A stretch of 43,478 nt of DNA, from positions 1-43,478 of the forward strand of contig CAYWTG010000001.1 in assembly GCA_964461155.1 (NCBI GenBank), given 5' to 3'. Below, piece after piece: positions 1 to 8,629 of this stretch. The DNA comes from an uncultured Ruminococcus sp. (GTDB taxonomy: Bacteria > Bacillota > Clostridia > Oscillospirales > CAG-272). The position numbers and the translations under genes are program-made. The notes beneath the pieces were generated by a model, which worked only from the letters and a program-made list of their open reading frames with translations, made no database searches and was not told where the DNA came from. Position 1 is the stretch's first letter. Each line of letters opens with the position of its first letter.

Positions 1-2
1 AC

Positions 3-1748
3 GAGGCGGATCGTGCGTACTTCACCGAAAAGGGACTCGCGGGAATCAAGAAAGTTCCGCTTGCGGGTCTTCTCGTTGATGGCGACGAGCTCAGCAAGGA
101 GTCTCAGCTTGTAAACAACGGTCAGCGCATGAATCAGGCGAGATACCCGAACAAGCCTTTCATGGATTATGAGGAGAAGTTCCTCGTAGACCCTGTAGAC
201 CGCGCGGGCGGCGATTATCCGTCCGAGTGGACCGTTCGACTCACCGACCCCGTAATGCTTAAAAGAATAGAAAACTACCACACATTCAAGGGAACGGAGA
301 TCATCGGATACCTCGCACAGCCCTATATGTGCAACGCGCAGGAGATCGCCTCTTACGACCCAGAGGAGAAAATAATCACGTTTACAACGGCCTCGTTCCA
401 GGGCACCGGAAACTACACGAACCAGTTCTCGTTCTTCTCGAACATTTCCGAGGAGCTCGACTACAAAAACGAGTACTGGGTAGACGTCGACGGAAAGACG
501 CTTTACGTTTATGAGCCCGACACCGACTATGTACTCACCACACGCGGAACGTACATCACAAGCAGCGCGGAATACGTAAGCTTCGTCGGCTTTGAGTTCT
601 GCGGTTCTTCCGACGGATTCTTCGACATCAACGCGGATCACGTCGATATCAAGCTTTGCGATATGTACGTCGGCGCGGGCAAGTTCGCTGTTATGGCGAT
701 CGGCACGCACATAAACATCAGCGAGTGCGAGCTTTCGTACCTCGCGGGCGGCGGAATCTTCCTTGAGGGACCGCTCGAGGACGTCAACAGCATCGTCTCG
801 AACGAGAGCGTCATCGACAACAACTCCATCCATGATTTCGAGCTCAAGTACAAGGTATATCTCCCCGCCGTCAGACTTTATAACACAGTCGGCGTGCGCG
901 TGTCCCACAATGAGTTCTACAACTCCACTCACAGCGCGATAATCTACGCACACGGCGCAGAGGCTCACGCATATATGCCCGATAAGGTCGGCGGACGCGG
1001 AATCGACAATATCATCGAGTACAACGTCTTCCGCAACATCATCAGAAACACAAGCGACTGCGGCGCGATCTACTCCGACCGCTCCGTCGCAAACTACGGA
1101 AACATCATTCGTTACAACATCTTCTGCTATGTCGTAAACGGAAGCTCTGCGATGAGTATTTACTTAGGCGACGCACTCTCCGGTCAGAGCGTATACGGAA
1201 ACGTCTTCTTTAACGGCGGCGGTGAGTCTATCCGCGCAGACGGACGCGACAACACCATCCGCGACAACGTGTTCATCCAGACGGAAGAAGGTCATATCGC
1301 ACTTTTCGTAAAGGCTAAGTATCGCGGAATGTACATGGGCGATAACAATCCTACCGTCGACAATCTCTGGTCGTCTCCGACATGGGGCACGTACTACTAC
1401 AGCTCGGCACTTCTTCCCGCGGCGGGAACGGCAGAGTGGGATCTGTGGAACAAGCGTTGGCCGACTCTTATGAAGATAAAGACCGATCTTTCAGAGCTTC
1501 CCGCGCTTCAGGACGACGAGGACTTCATCTTCAATCCGTCACATAATGTCGTAAAGGACAACTACTCTTTCGGTACGACGGATCACGCCATCGATGAGGA
1601 CGTATATAAATACGGCACGGTCGAAAACAACCCCGTCTTCTCGCTCGATGAGAACCCGATCTTCACAAATCCCGCACGCGGTGATTACAGCATAAGAGAG
1701 GACGCGGACTTCTTCAAGATCCCGTTCTACGAGATCGGCAGATATTAA
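3..1748 (+). CDS. Right-handed parallel beta-helix (PbH1) repeat protein, 5'-partial (frame is open to the window edge)
   Basis: The frame of the 129..1748 ORF has no stop back to position 3, so the gene starts off-window. It carries repeated PbH1-like turns: VIDNNSIHDF, VSHNEFYNS, IIEYNVFRNI, IIRYNIFCYV, VYGNVFFNGG, TIRDNVFIQ. Confidence 0.75.
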   Translation, partial: EADRAYFTEKGLAGIKKVPLAGLLVDGDELSKESQLVNNGQRMNQARYPNKPFMDYEEKFLVDPVDRAGGDYPSEWTVRLTDPVMLKRIENYHTFKGTEIIGYLAQPYMCNAQEIASYDPEEKIITFTTASFQGTGNYTNQFSFFSNISEELDYKNEYWVDVDGKTLYVYEPDTDYVLTTRGTYITSSAEYVSFVGFEFCGSSDGFFDINADHVDIKLCDMYVGAGKFAVMAIGTHINISECELSYLAGGGIFLEGPLEDVNSIVSNESVIDNNSIHDFELKYKVYLPAVRLYNTVGVRVSHNEFYNSTHSAIIYAHGAEAHAYMPDKVGGRGIDNIIEYNVFRNIIRNTSDCGAIYSDRSVANYGNIIRYNIFCYVVNGSSAMSIYLGDALSGQSVYGNVFFNGGGESIRADGRDNTIRDNVFIQTEEGHIALFVKAKYRGMYMGDNNPTVDNLWSSPTWGTYYYSSALLPAAGTAEWDLWNKRWPTLMKIKTDLSELPALQDDEDFIFNPSHNVVKDNYSFGTTDHAIDEDVYKYGTVENNPVFSLDENPIFTNPARGDYSIREDADFFKIPFYEIGRY

Positions 1749-1758
1749 AAAATCACAA

Positions 1759-1787
1759 AAGGGACGACCGATCTTCGGGCGTCCCTT
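1759..1787 (+). terminator. Probable intrinsic terminator after the beta-helix gene
   Basis: Hairpin aagggacg...cgtccctt lies directly after the stop. The T-tail is weak (tcgctt). Confidence 0.5.
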
Positions 1788-1837
1788 TCGCTTGCCGTTG
1801 CCGCGTGAAAAATGCCGATATTTGCGGCCGATCGCTG

Positions 1838-1866
1838 TTGACAGATAAGGATAAATATGTTAAAAT
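1838..1866 (+). promoter_or_regulatory. Sigma-A-type promoter
   Basis: TTGACA (1838-1843), 17-nt spacer, TAAAAT (1861-1866). An aagggggaa RBS and the ATG at 1896 follow. Confidence 0.6.
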
Positions 1867-1895
1867 CATTATATAAAACATAAGGGGGAATTTTA

Positions 1896-3101
1896 ATGAA
1901 AATCTGTAGTAATTGCGGCGCACTGCTTGAAGATCGAGCGCAGTTTTGCACATCGTGCGGCACGCCTCTCGCAAGTGCCGAGCCGACGGAAACTCCCGAG
2001 AATATCACCGAGGCCGCCGAGGCAAATGCACCCGAGACCGTCACCGACGCGAGCGTGACGCCGTGCGACTGCGGCGCGTGCACCGATAACGGCTTTGCTG
2101 CGAGCGCACACGAAGTCGGAAGCTGTGCGACAAATGCACCCGCGAGCTCGCCCGCGACTTCGCCCGTCGCGAACGTGAGCTTCAATGCCGGAGTAAACGG
2201 AGCACCCAAAGTCACCCGCACAAAAAAGCAACCCTCCGGTATCGGAATAAAGCTCCTTTGCATATTCCTTTCGTTTGTATTCTGCGTTCTCCTTTGCGCG
2301 ACATCAACACTCGGTATCGTGAGATGGTCGCTCGGCTCCGAGGGTCTCGAGGACGCGGTGGCTTCCGTAAGCTTTGACGAGATCGAGAAGCTTACCGTTC
2401 GCTCCGACGGCAAAGAAATGCCGATGGCCGAGTTTATCCTCGATTTCTGCGATGATGAGGTCAAGGACAAGTACGGACTCGACGAAGAAAAGGTCATGGA
2501 CGTGCTGAAAGACACGAAAGCAAACGAATTTATAGGCGAGATCGTCGGTGACTACAGCGCGTACCTCCTCGAAGGAGAGGAGCTTCGCGAGCTGAACGGA
2601 GAGCGTGTGACGGACTGGATCCGCAAAAACGAGTCGAAGATCGAAGACATCATCGAGTACGAGTTCAAGGACGAAGATTACCGCGATCTCGAAAAGCAGA
2701 TCAACGACACTGCCGTTATTCGCTCGATGTCGAAAGAGTCGCTCGAGACGGAGACCGGAATCGGCTTTAACGCATTCGGCCGCACAGCTTCGCTCATCGT
2801 TTACATCGCGATGATCGTGCTGTCCGCGGGCGTTGCCGCGATCATTGTGCTTGTGAACCGCAGAAAAGTTCGTGCGCTGTTTACCTATGTTACGGTGTCT
2901 GTCGCCGTTGTCGGTGGATTTTTTCTCGTCCTTGCGGGCGGCGTGTACATCTCGTCGGGGCTTTTGCTCCCCAAGGTCGCCGCGTCAATGTTTAACGTTG
3001 TGGTATTGAGCGTGCTTTTGCGCGGAGGCGTGATGTTCGTTTTCGGCATAGCCGCAAGCGTGATACACAAGCTCATCTTCGACAGCAGACACAAAGCGTA
3101 A
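1896..3101 (+). CDS. Zinc-ribbon domain membrane protein (function unknown)
   Basis: N-terminal CSNCG...CTSCG double CxxC. Several hydrophobic helices occur mid-protein and at the C-terminus. A promoter and RBS lie upstream and a strong terminator downstream. Confidence 0.7.
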   Translation: MKICSNCGALLEDRAQFCTSCGTPLASAEPTETPENITEAAEANAPETVTDASVTPCDCGACTDNGFAASAHEVGSCATNAPASSPATSPVANVSFNAGVNGAPKVTRTKKQPSGIGIKLLCIFLSFVFCVLLCATSTLGIVRWSLGSEGLEDAVASVSFDEIEKLTVRSDGKEMPMAEFILDFCDDEVKDKYGLDEEKVMDVLKDTKANEFIGEIVGDYSAYLLEGEELRELNGERVTDWIRKNESKIEDIIEYEFKDEDYRDLEKQINDTAVIRSMSKESLETETGIGFNAFGRTASLIVYIAMIVLSAGVAAIIVLVNRRKVRALFTYVTVSVAVVGGFFLVLAGGVYISSGLLLPKVAASMFNVVVLSVLLRGGVMFVFGIAASVIHKLIFDSRHKA

Positions 3102-3126
3102 ATATAAAGCGGGAAAACCGGAAAAA

Positions 3127-3156
3127 AGAGAAGCCGACGCGGGCTTCTCTTTTTTT
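3127..3156 (+). terminator. Intrinsic terminator
   Basis: agagaagcc-gacgcg-ggcttctct hairpin followed by a run of six T (3151-3156). Confidence 0.8.
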
Positions 3157-3262
3157 GGCGTGTGCGGCGGATTTGACTTGTCGGTGTAGTTTTATCTCGG
3201 TAAGCTGGTGTGATGATACTGCGTCGAGCGACTTATCTTCGGCGTGCCGAGGACACTCGATG

Positions 3263-3302
3263 AAAAAAGCGAGACTTCCTTAAAGCGTTAAAGAAGTCTC
3301 GC
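3263..3302 (-). terminator. Intrinsic terminator of the G5/3D gene
   Basis: On the minus strand: gcgagacttc...gaagtctcgc hairpin followed by TTTTTT. Confidence 0.75.
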
Positions 3303-3324
3303 GAAAGTTTTTCGTTTCGGAACG

Positions 3325-4917
3325 TCAACCGAGCACGTACACGGTCACATCCCAGACGCCCTGAGCGGCGAACTGTTCGTAATAAGGACAGCTTCCGTCC
3401 ATCCAGATATCGATGAAGTTGCCGCGCACGGCACCTCCGGTATCTGCGGCGGTACGAAGACCGAGGTCAAAGGAGCTGTTCATGATATACATCTGCGTTC
3501 CGAGAGGGAACACGGACGGGTCTGTGGCGACGACATTCGTGCCTGTCGGCATACCCGAGGCCGTCGTGCCGTAAATGTTGTAGTATGATGCGCGAACGTC
3601 TACGGCGTAGGAATACGAGTAGACATTTCCGTCGGGAGCGGTGAACGTGCCGCCCGTGCCGTAGTAGCATACCTCGTTTACGGGATACGATGCGATATAG
3701 TCGTATTCTTCGGTGCGGCTGACTTCAACACCGTTGAGATACTCGACCGTGTAGACGGTATCGCGAACGCCTGCTTGACCTGCGCTGATCGTTTTGTACG
3801 TTCCGCGCGGGATGCTTGTGACGTTGACGGTCTCGGTCGAATACGGGATGGCTTCCGATTCGGTGACGGTCGCGTACTCCGTCTTGTCGACGGATATCCA
3901 CGAGTCGTATTCGAGAGTGGAGTCGAGATCAACGGAGGGATGCTCGTTTTCGCCGAGCCATATTCCGTTCTGCGCGAGAAGCTCGCGAAGCGTGGTCTTG
4001 CCGGTCTCGCAGCTCAGAGACTCGCGGTCGTAGAAGCTTACGTTGACGGTGAAAGTCTCTTCGTCGATGACATCCGCGCTTTCGTCGTCGGGAGTTTCCG
4101 ATGCGTTGCTTTCGTCATCGCTGCTTTTCTCGTCGCTTTCGCTGTCGGATTTCACCTCGACATCGGAGAGCTCATCATCGCGAGCGGAGTTTGAGCCCGC
4201 GAGCGTCGGCGGGAGCATTGCGGCGTACAGGCCTTCGCTGTAGAGACTTTCGGAGTCGAAATCCGTTGAGACGCCTGTGTTTGACGCGAGAATGTCGATA
4301 TCCGCCGCCTGCTCATTGTCGGAGAATACAGCTCCGTAGACCGCAAGCGGGACGGAGATGCTGATGCAGATGACGAGAACGGCGCAGGTAATGACGGTTC
4401 TTCGATTTCTTACGAGCGCACCCATGAGGGATGCGGCAAAGCTGCGTCGTGTGTTTGTGCCGCGGCGGCGTGGAGCCGAGCTTGCCGTGGCGGCATTTGC
4501 GCGTTGTGCGGCACCTTGGCGCGACGCCGGCTGAATGGGGCGTGCTGCTACATAGGATGCTCGCGGAGAATTTTGAACGCTTCTTCTTTCTGTGTTTGTG
4601 CCTGTCGGACGTGCCGATACTTTTCCGTGCGGAGCGCGAGTTTCGACTCCCGCTGCGGAAGCGCGGCGTGGCGTGTGGCTTGTGCTTCTTACGTTCTCGT
4701 GCACACTGCGCGGTGCGACGGCTTTTCTCGCGGAGCGGGTGCGGCCGTCCCTGACGCAGGCGGGGATCTCGAGATCGTCGAAGACTTCTGTGTTTAGGTT
4801 GCTTTCGTTATTGTTCGGTTGAGAAATGGTGCCACCGCTGTATGCGTTTCCCGAGAGCTCGGGTGAGCATTCGCGACGTTGTCCGGTACAGTCAGGCTTA
4901 TCTGAATTGTGGTACAA
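3325..4917 (-). CDS. YabE/RpfB-like cell-wall protein (G5 domain + C-terminal 3D/RlpA-like domain) with a long basic low-complexity N-terminus. The start is uncertain (TTG at 4917).
   Basis: G5-like segment: TVNVTSIPRGTYKTISAGQAGVRDTVYTVEYLNGVEV. 3D-like C-terminus: ASYYNIYGTTASGMPTG...TAADTGGAVRGNFIDIWMD. Single TM: VITCAVLVICISISVPLAVYGAV. Confidence 0.8.
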   Translation of the reverse strand: MYHNSDKPDCTGQRRECSPELSGNAYSGGTISQPNNNESNLNTEVFDDLEIPACVRDGRTRSARKAVAPRSVHENVRSTSHTPRRASAAGVETRAPHGKVSARPTGTNTERRSVQNSPRASYVAARPIQPASRQGAAQRANAATASSAPRRRGTNTRRSFAASLMGALVRNRRTVITCAVLVICISISVPLAVYGAVFSDNEQAADIDILASNTGVSTDFDSESLYSEGLYAAMLPPTLAGSNSARDDELSDVEVKSDSESDEKSSDDESNASETPDDESADVIDEETFTVNVSFYDRESLSCETGKTTLRELLAQNGIWLGENEHPSVDLDSTLEYDSWISVDKTEYATVTESEAIPYSTETVNVTSIPRGTYKTISAGQAGVRDTVYTVEYLNGVEVSRTEEYDYIASYPVNEVCYYGTGGTFTAPDGNVYSYSYAVDVRASYYNIYGTTASGMPTGTNVVATDPSVFPLGTQMYIMNSSFDLGLRTAADTGGAVRGNFIDIWMDGSCPYYEQFAAQGVWDVTVYVLG

Positions 4918-5059
4918 GATAATACCTACTCGCCGTTAGGCGATTCCTTTCCGCCGACAAAAAATGTCGGAAATTGGAGCCGTTCGCGCTTGATTTTTGA
5001 GTGAAAATCGGGGCATTTTCGGCGCGAGAGGCCATTGCACATTTAAGCAATACCGCTCT

Positions 5060-5088
5060 ATTATACCATATAGGCGGGAAAAAGGCAA
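5060..5088 (-). promoter_or_regulatory. Candidate promoter for the G5/3D gene (gives a leader of about 135 nt)
   Basis: Minus strand reads TTGCCT, 17 nt, then TGGTATAAT (extended -10). Confidence 0.45.
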
Positions 5089-5419
5089 GAAAAATTTTTC
5101 CGTGCACGGCCGACGGCGGGCGAAAACGGCGCGTCGCACCCTCGAATTTGAGGCGATTTTCGTCGTTTCGGGTGCGATTTCGTGCGCGTATGGGAAAATA
5201 TGAAAAAGCCGAAAAATGCGTATCGGGCAACGTGTTTTCGTGCTTTTGCAAGTTATTTTCACCGCTTTTGCAAAGAAAATGTCCAAAGCGGGCGTCTTGT
5301 TCAATTAATGTTTACAATTATATGTTATAATATCATGGTGTGACCTTTAAATCGGGCGGGAAAAGTCCGATATTTAATATACTTGCCGCGGCGCGTCCGA
5401 CGGCACAACGGAGACGATT

Positions 5420-6379
5420 ATGATACAAATAAACAACTTATCGAAGATCTACGGCACGACCGCGGCACTCGAGGGCATCAGCTTCAAGGTCGAGCGCGGC
5501 GAGATCGTCGGATTTCTCGGCCCGAACGGTGCGGGTAAATCGACGACTCTCAACATACTCACGGGATATCTGTCCGCAAGCTCGGGCAGCGCGTCCGTCG
5601 GCGGGATCGATATATACGAATTCCCCGATCAGGCGAAGCGGCTTATCGGCTATCTTCCCGAACAGCCTCCGCTTTATCAGGAGATGCGCGTGTCGGAGTA
5701 TTTGAACTTTGTCTACGAGCTCAAAAAATGTCGCCTCAACCGCAAAAAGCATCTTGAGGAGATAATGCAGGTCACGAAGATACGCGACGTGTCCGACAGG
5801 ATCATCGCGAATCTCTCGAAAGGATATAAGCAGAGAGTCGGTATAGCGCAGGCTCTTGTCGGAAATCCGCCTGTGATAATCCTCGACGAGCCGACGGTCG
5901 GCCTTGACCCGAAGCAGATCATCGAAATACGAAATCTCGTGCGAAATCTCGGCCGCGACCACACGGTCATCCTCTCCTCGCACATCCTCTCCGAGGTGCA
6001 GGCCGTTTGCGACCGCGTCGTCATCATAAACGAGGGACGAATCGTAGCCGACGAGAAGACCGAGCACTTGACGAGCATGGCCGACGACGGAAACGACTTC
6101 GTCGCGAAGATCTGCGGCCCGGTGCGCGAGGTCACGCGTGCGCTTCGCGAGATGGACGGCGTGCTCCATGCCGACAGCTCCGGTGAGCGCGACGGTGACG
6201 CTTATGTCTTCCGCATCCGCTCGGCGAGCGGCATTGACATCAGAAAGTCCATGTTCCGTATGCTTTCCGAAAACGACTGGCCTCTTGTGGGGCTTGAATC
6301 CGTAAAGCTCGACCTTGAGGACGTGTTCGTGCGCCTGACCGCAAAGAACTCCAAAGCTGCGAGCGGCCGCAGAGCTTAA
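5420..6379 (+). CDS. ABC transporter ATP-binding protein (ABC-2/GldA-like)
   Basis: Walker A GPNGAGKST, signature LSKGYKQRV, Walker B VIILDEPTVGLD, H-loop LSSHIL. A ggaga RBS precedes the ATG. Confidence 0.9.
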   Translation: MIQINNLSKIYGTTAALEGISFKVERGEIVGFLGPNGAGKSTTLNILTGYLSASSGSASVGGIDIYEFPDQAKRLIGYLPEQPPLYQEMRVSEYLNFVYELKKCRLNRKKHLEEIMQVTKIRDVSDRIIANLSKGYKQRVGIAQALVGNPPVIILDEPTVGLDPKQIIEIRNLVRNLGRDHTVILSSHILSEVQAVCDRVVIINEGRIVADEKTEHLTSMADDGNDFVAKICGPVREVTRALREMDGVLHADSSGERDGDAYVFRIRSASGIDIRKSMFRMLSENDWPLVGLESVKLDLEDVFVRLTAKNSKAASGRRA

Positions 6380-6400
6380 ACGACGAAAGGAAATAACGAA

Positions 6401-7105
6401 ATGCTTGCTATATACAAAAAAGAGCTCCGCTCATTTTTCACAAGCCCGCTCGGATACATCTTCTGTGCGGTATACCTTGCCGTGTCCGGTCTTATGCTCT
6501 CGATGATGACACTTCACTCCGAGAGCGTTGACACATCGGGATTTTTCTCGCTGATGATCTACCTTAACATCATCCTCGTTCCGATACTTACCATGAAGAG
6601 CTTCGCCGAAGAGCGAAAGCTCCGCACAGAGCAGCTCCTCGTGACCTCCCCTGTGTCCGTTACCTCGACGGTGCTTGCGAAATTTTTCGCCTCCTACACC
6701 GTTTACGCCGTGTCGATGCTCGTCAGTTGCGTTTATATAATCGGACTTAACAGCTACGGAACGGTGAACGTGCCGAAGACGCTCGGATGCATCTTCGCAA
6801 TGCTCCTTGTCGGCATGAGCTTCACCGCCGTCGGTATCTTCGTCTCGTCGCTTACCGACAATATCGTGACTGCCGCCGTCGGCACCATGGGACTTTTACT
6901 GCTCATGGCTCTCGCCTCCGCACTCAACGGACGAATCGACGTGTACGTCATCAGACAGATCCTCTCGTGGGTCTCCGTTTACAGCAGATATCAGTACTTC
7001 ACATACGGACTTTTCGATGCCTCCTCGGCACTTTACTATGTATCCGTCAGTGCGGTGTTCCTCTTCCTCGCGGTTCGCGTTCGCGATCGCCGCAGATGGG
7101 CGTGA
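6401..7105 (+). CDS. ABC-2 family permease (GldF-like)
   Basis: About six hydrophobic helices. It lies immediately downstream of the ATPase and has an aaagga RBS. Confidence 0.8.
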   Translation: MLAIYKKELRSFFTSPLGYIFCAVYLAVSGLMLSMMTLHSESVDTSGFFSLMIYLNIILVPILTMKSFAEERKLRTEQLLVTSPVSVTSTVLAKFFASYTVYAVSMLVSCVYIIGLNSYGTVNVPKTLGCIFAMLLVGMSFTAVGIFVSSLTDNIVTAAVGTMGLLLLMALASALNGRIDVYVIRQILSWVSVYSRYQYFTYGLFDASSALYYVSVSAVFLFLAVRVRDRRRWA

Positions 7106-7132
7106 TGCGCCGACGAAAGGAGAAGTGTACAA

Positions 7133-8629
7133 ATGAACCGTAAGAACATCATAAAAGATCTCGGCAAAGCGAGAAGACTGCGCATCGGCGGCCTCGCGCT
7201 TGCGTTTACCGCTTTCTTCATTGCGATAGTCGTAGTGCTCAACGCCATCGTTTCCGTGCTCACAAACAAGTTCGCATGGTATGTCGACATGACGGACGAG
7301 GCGGTCTTTACGCTTTCCGACGAGGCAAAGAGCTACCTTGCCGACATGACCGACGACGTCAACATCTACTTCGCAGCAGAGCCCGACGAGCTCATGGCCG
7401 ATTACGACATGAGATACGTCTACACCACCGCTAAAGAGCTCGAGGCGAACTTCTCAAACATCAGCATCTCTTGCTACGATGTCGTAAAACACCCCGACTT
7501 CTTTAAGCCTTTCTACGAGTCCACGGGAAGTGAGATCACTCAGAAGACCGTCGTCTTCGAGTGCAGCGGCGAGTCCATCGCCACGGGATACAAGACCTTC
7601 TTCACATATAACGAGGACGGCGACAGATGGGCATACAGCGGAGACTACAGATTTGTGTCTTGCATCATGCGCGTGACTCAGAACGAGACTCCCATCGCTT
7701 ACTTTACCACCGCACACAGCGAGGACGCTTCGAGCGGCATCGAGCAGATGCTCGTCGACAGCGGCTTTGAGGTTCGCCAAATCAACCTCCGCTCCGAGGA
7801 GATCGATGACGACGCGCGTCTTATCATCATAAACAACCCGAAAAACGACTTCCTCGGCATTGACGCCGAGAGCGAGAGCGGAAACGAGATAAAGAAGCTC
7901 GACGACTTCTTAGACGGCCTCGGCGGCCTCATCGTCTTCGAGGATCCCGAGTATTCCGCTCGCCTCGACACGCTTAACGAGTTCCTCGAGGAATGGGGGA
8001 TCTCGTTCCGCAGCGGAAGCAAGATAAAAGATACCGATCACTCGATGTCCGTCGACGGCTATTCCATCGTTGCCGAGTACCCGTCGGACGACAACTTCGG
8101 TACGAGCGTCTACAGCGCGCTCGAGAATTTCGACTCCATGCCGCAGACCGTCGTGCGCGACGCTATGCCGATCGACATCCTCTGGAACGACAGAGGCTCG
8201 GGCAGCAGCTGGAGATACGTCTACCCGATGCTCCTGTCTCACGACTCCGCCGCACTCGTCGACAGCTACACGAACTCCGTTATGGAGCACGGACAGTACA
8301 CCCTCATGACGATAAGCCGCGAGTCTCGCGTTATCGACAATGACCGCTACTTCTCATACGTCCTGGCGGCCGGTACGTCGAATTTCGCGTCCGACAAGTA
8401 CCTCGTTAACAGCAACGCTTACGGAAACAGCGACATTCTCCGCCAGACGATGAAATACATCGGCAGAAACGGAATCCTCGCCGATATTCCGCTGAGACCC
8501 TTTGACGACACAACAAGCACCGCGACGACGCTTCAGGCGAGAAACTTCACGATCTGCACGACCGTCATTCTCCCCGTCATCATCGCCGCCGTCGGAGTCG
8601 TCGTTATCGTAAGGAGACGCCGCGCATGA
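7133..8629 (+). CDS. GldG-like ABC-transporter auxiliary protein
   Basis: N-terminal and C-terminal TM anchors (C-terminal ICTTVILPVIIAAVGVVVIVRRRR) flank a large extracytoplasmic domain. It occupies the typical position after ABC-2 ATPase and permease genes. Confidence 0.7.
   Translation: MNRKNIIKDLGKARRLRIGGLALAFTAFFIAIVVVLNAIVSVLTNKFAWYVDMTDEAVFTLSDEAKSYLADMTDDVNIYFAAEPDELMADYDMRYVYTTAKELEANFSNISISCYDVVKHPDFFKPFYESTGSEITQKTVVFECSGESIATGYKTFFTYNEDGDRWAYSGDYRFVSCIMRVTQNETPIAYFTTAHSEDASSGIEQMLVDSGFEVRQINLRSEEIDDDARLIIINNPKNDFLGIDAESESGNEIKKLDDFLDGLGGLIVFEDPEYSARLDTLNEFLEEWGISFRSGSKIKDTDHSMSVDGYSIVAEYPSDDNFGTSVYSALENFDSMPQTVVRDAMPIDILWNDRGSGSSWRYVYPMLLSHDSAALVDSYTNSVMEHGQYTLMTISRESRVIDNDRYFSYVLAAGTSNFASDKYLVNSNAYGNSDILRQTMKYIGRNGILADIPLRPFDDTTSTATTLQARNFTICTTVILPVIIAAVGVVVIVRRRRA

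Noticed and set aside
4918-5059. Possible c-di-AMP (ydaO-type) riboswitch in the leader of the G5/3D gene, since that class often precedes such cell-wall genes
   Set aside because: I could not find the conserved elements I remember (GGGGA/CCCA pairs, GGGUGAAUC, CCGAAUCC). Only a generic hairpin is present. The question stays open for an Infernal scan but is not claimed.
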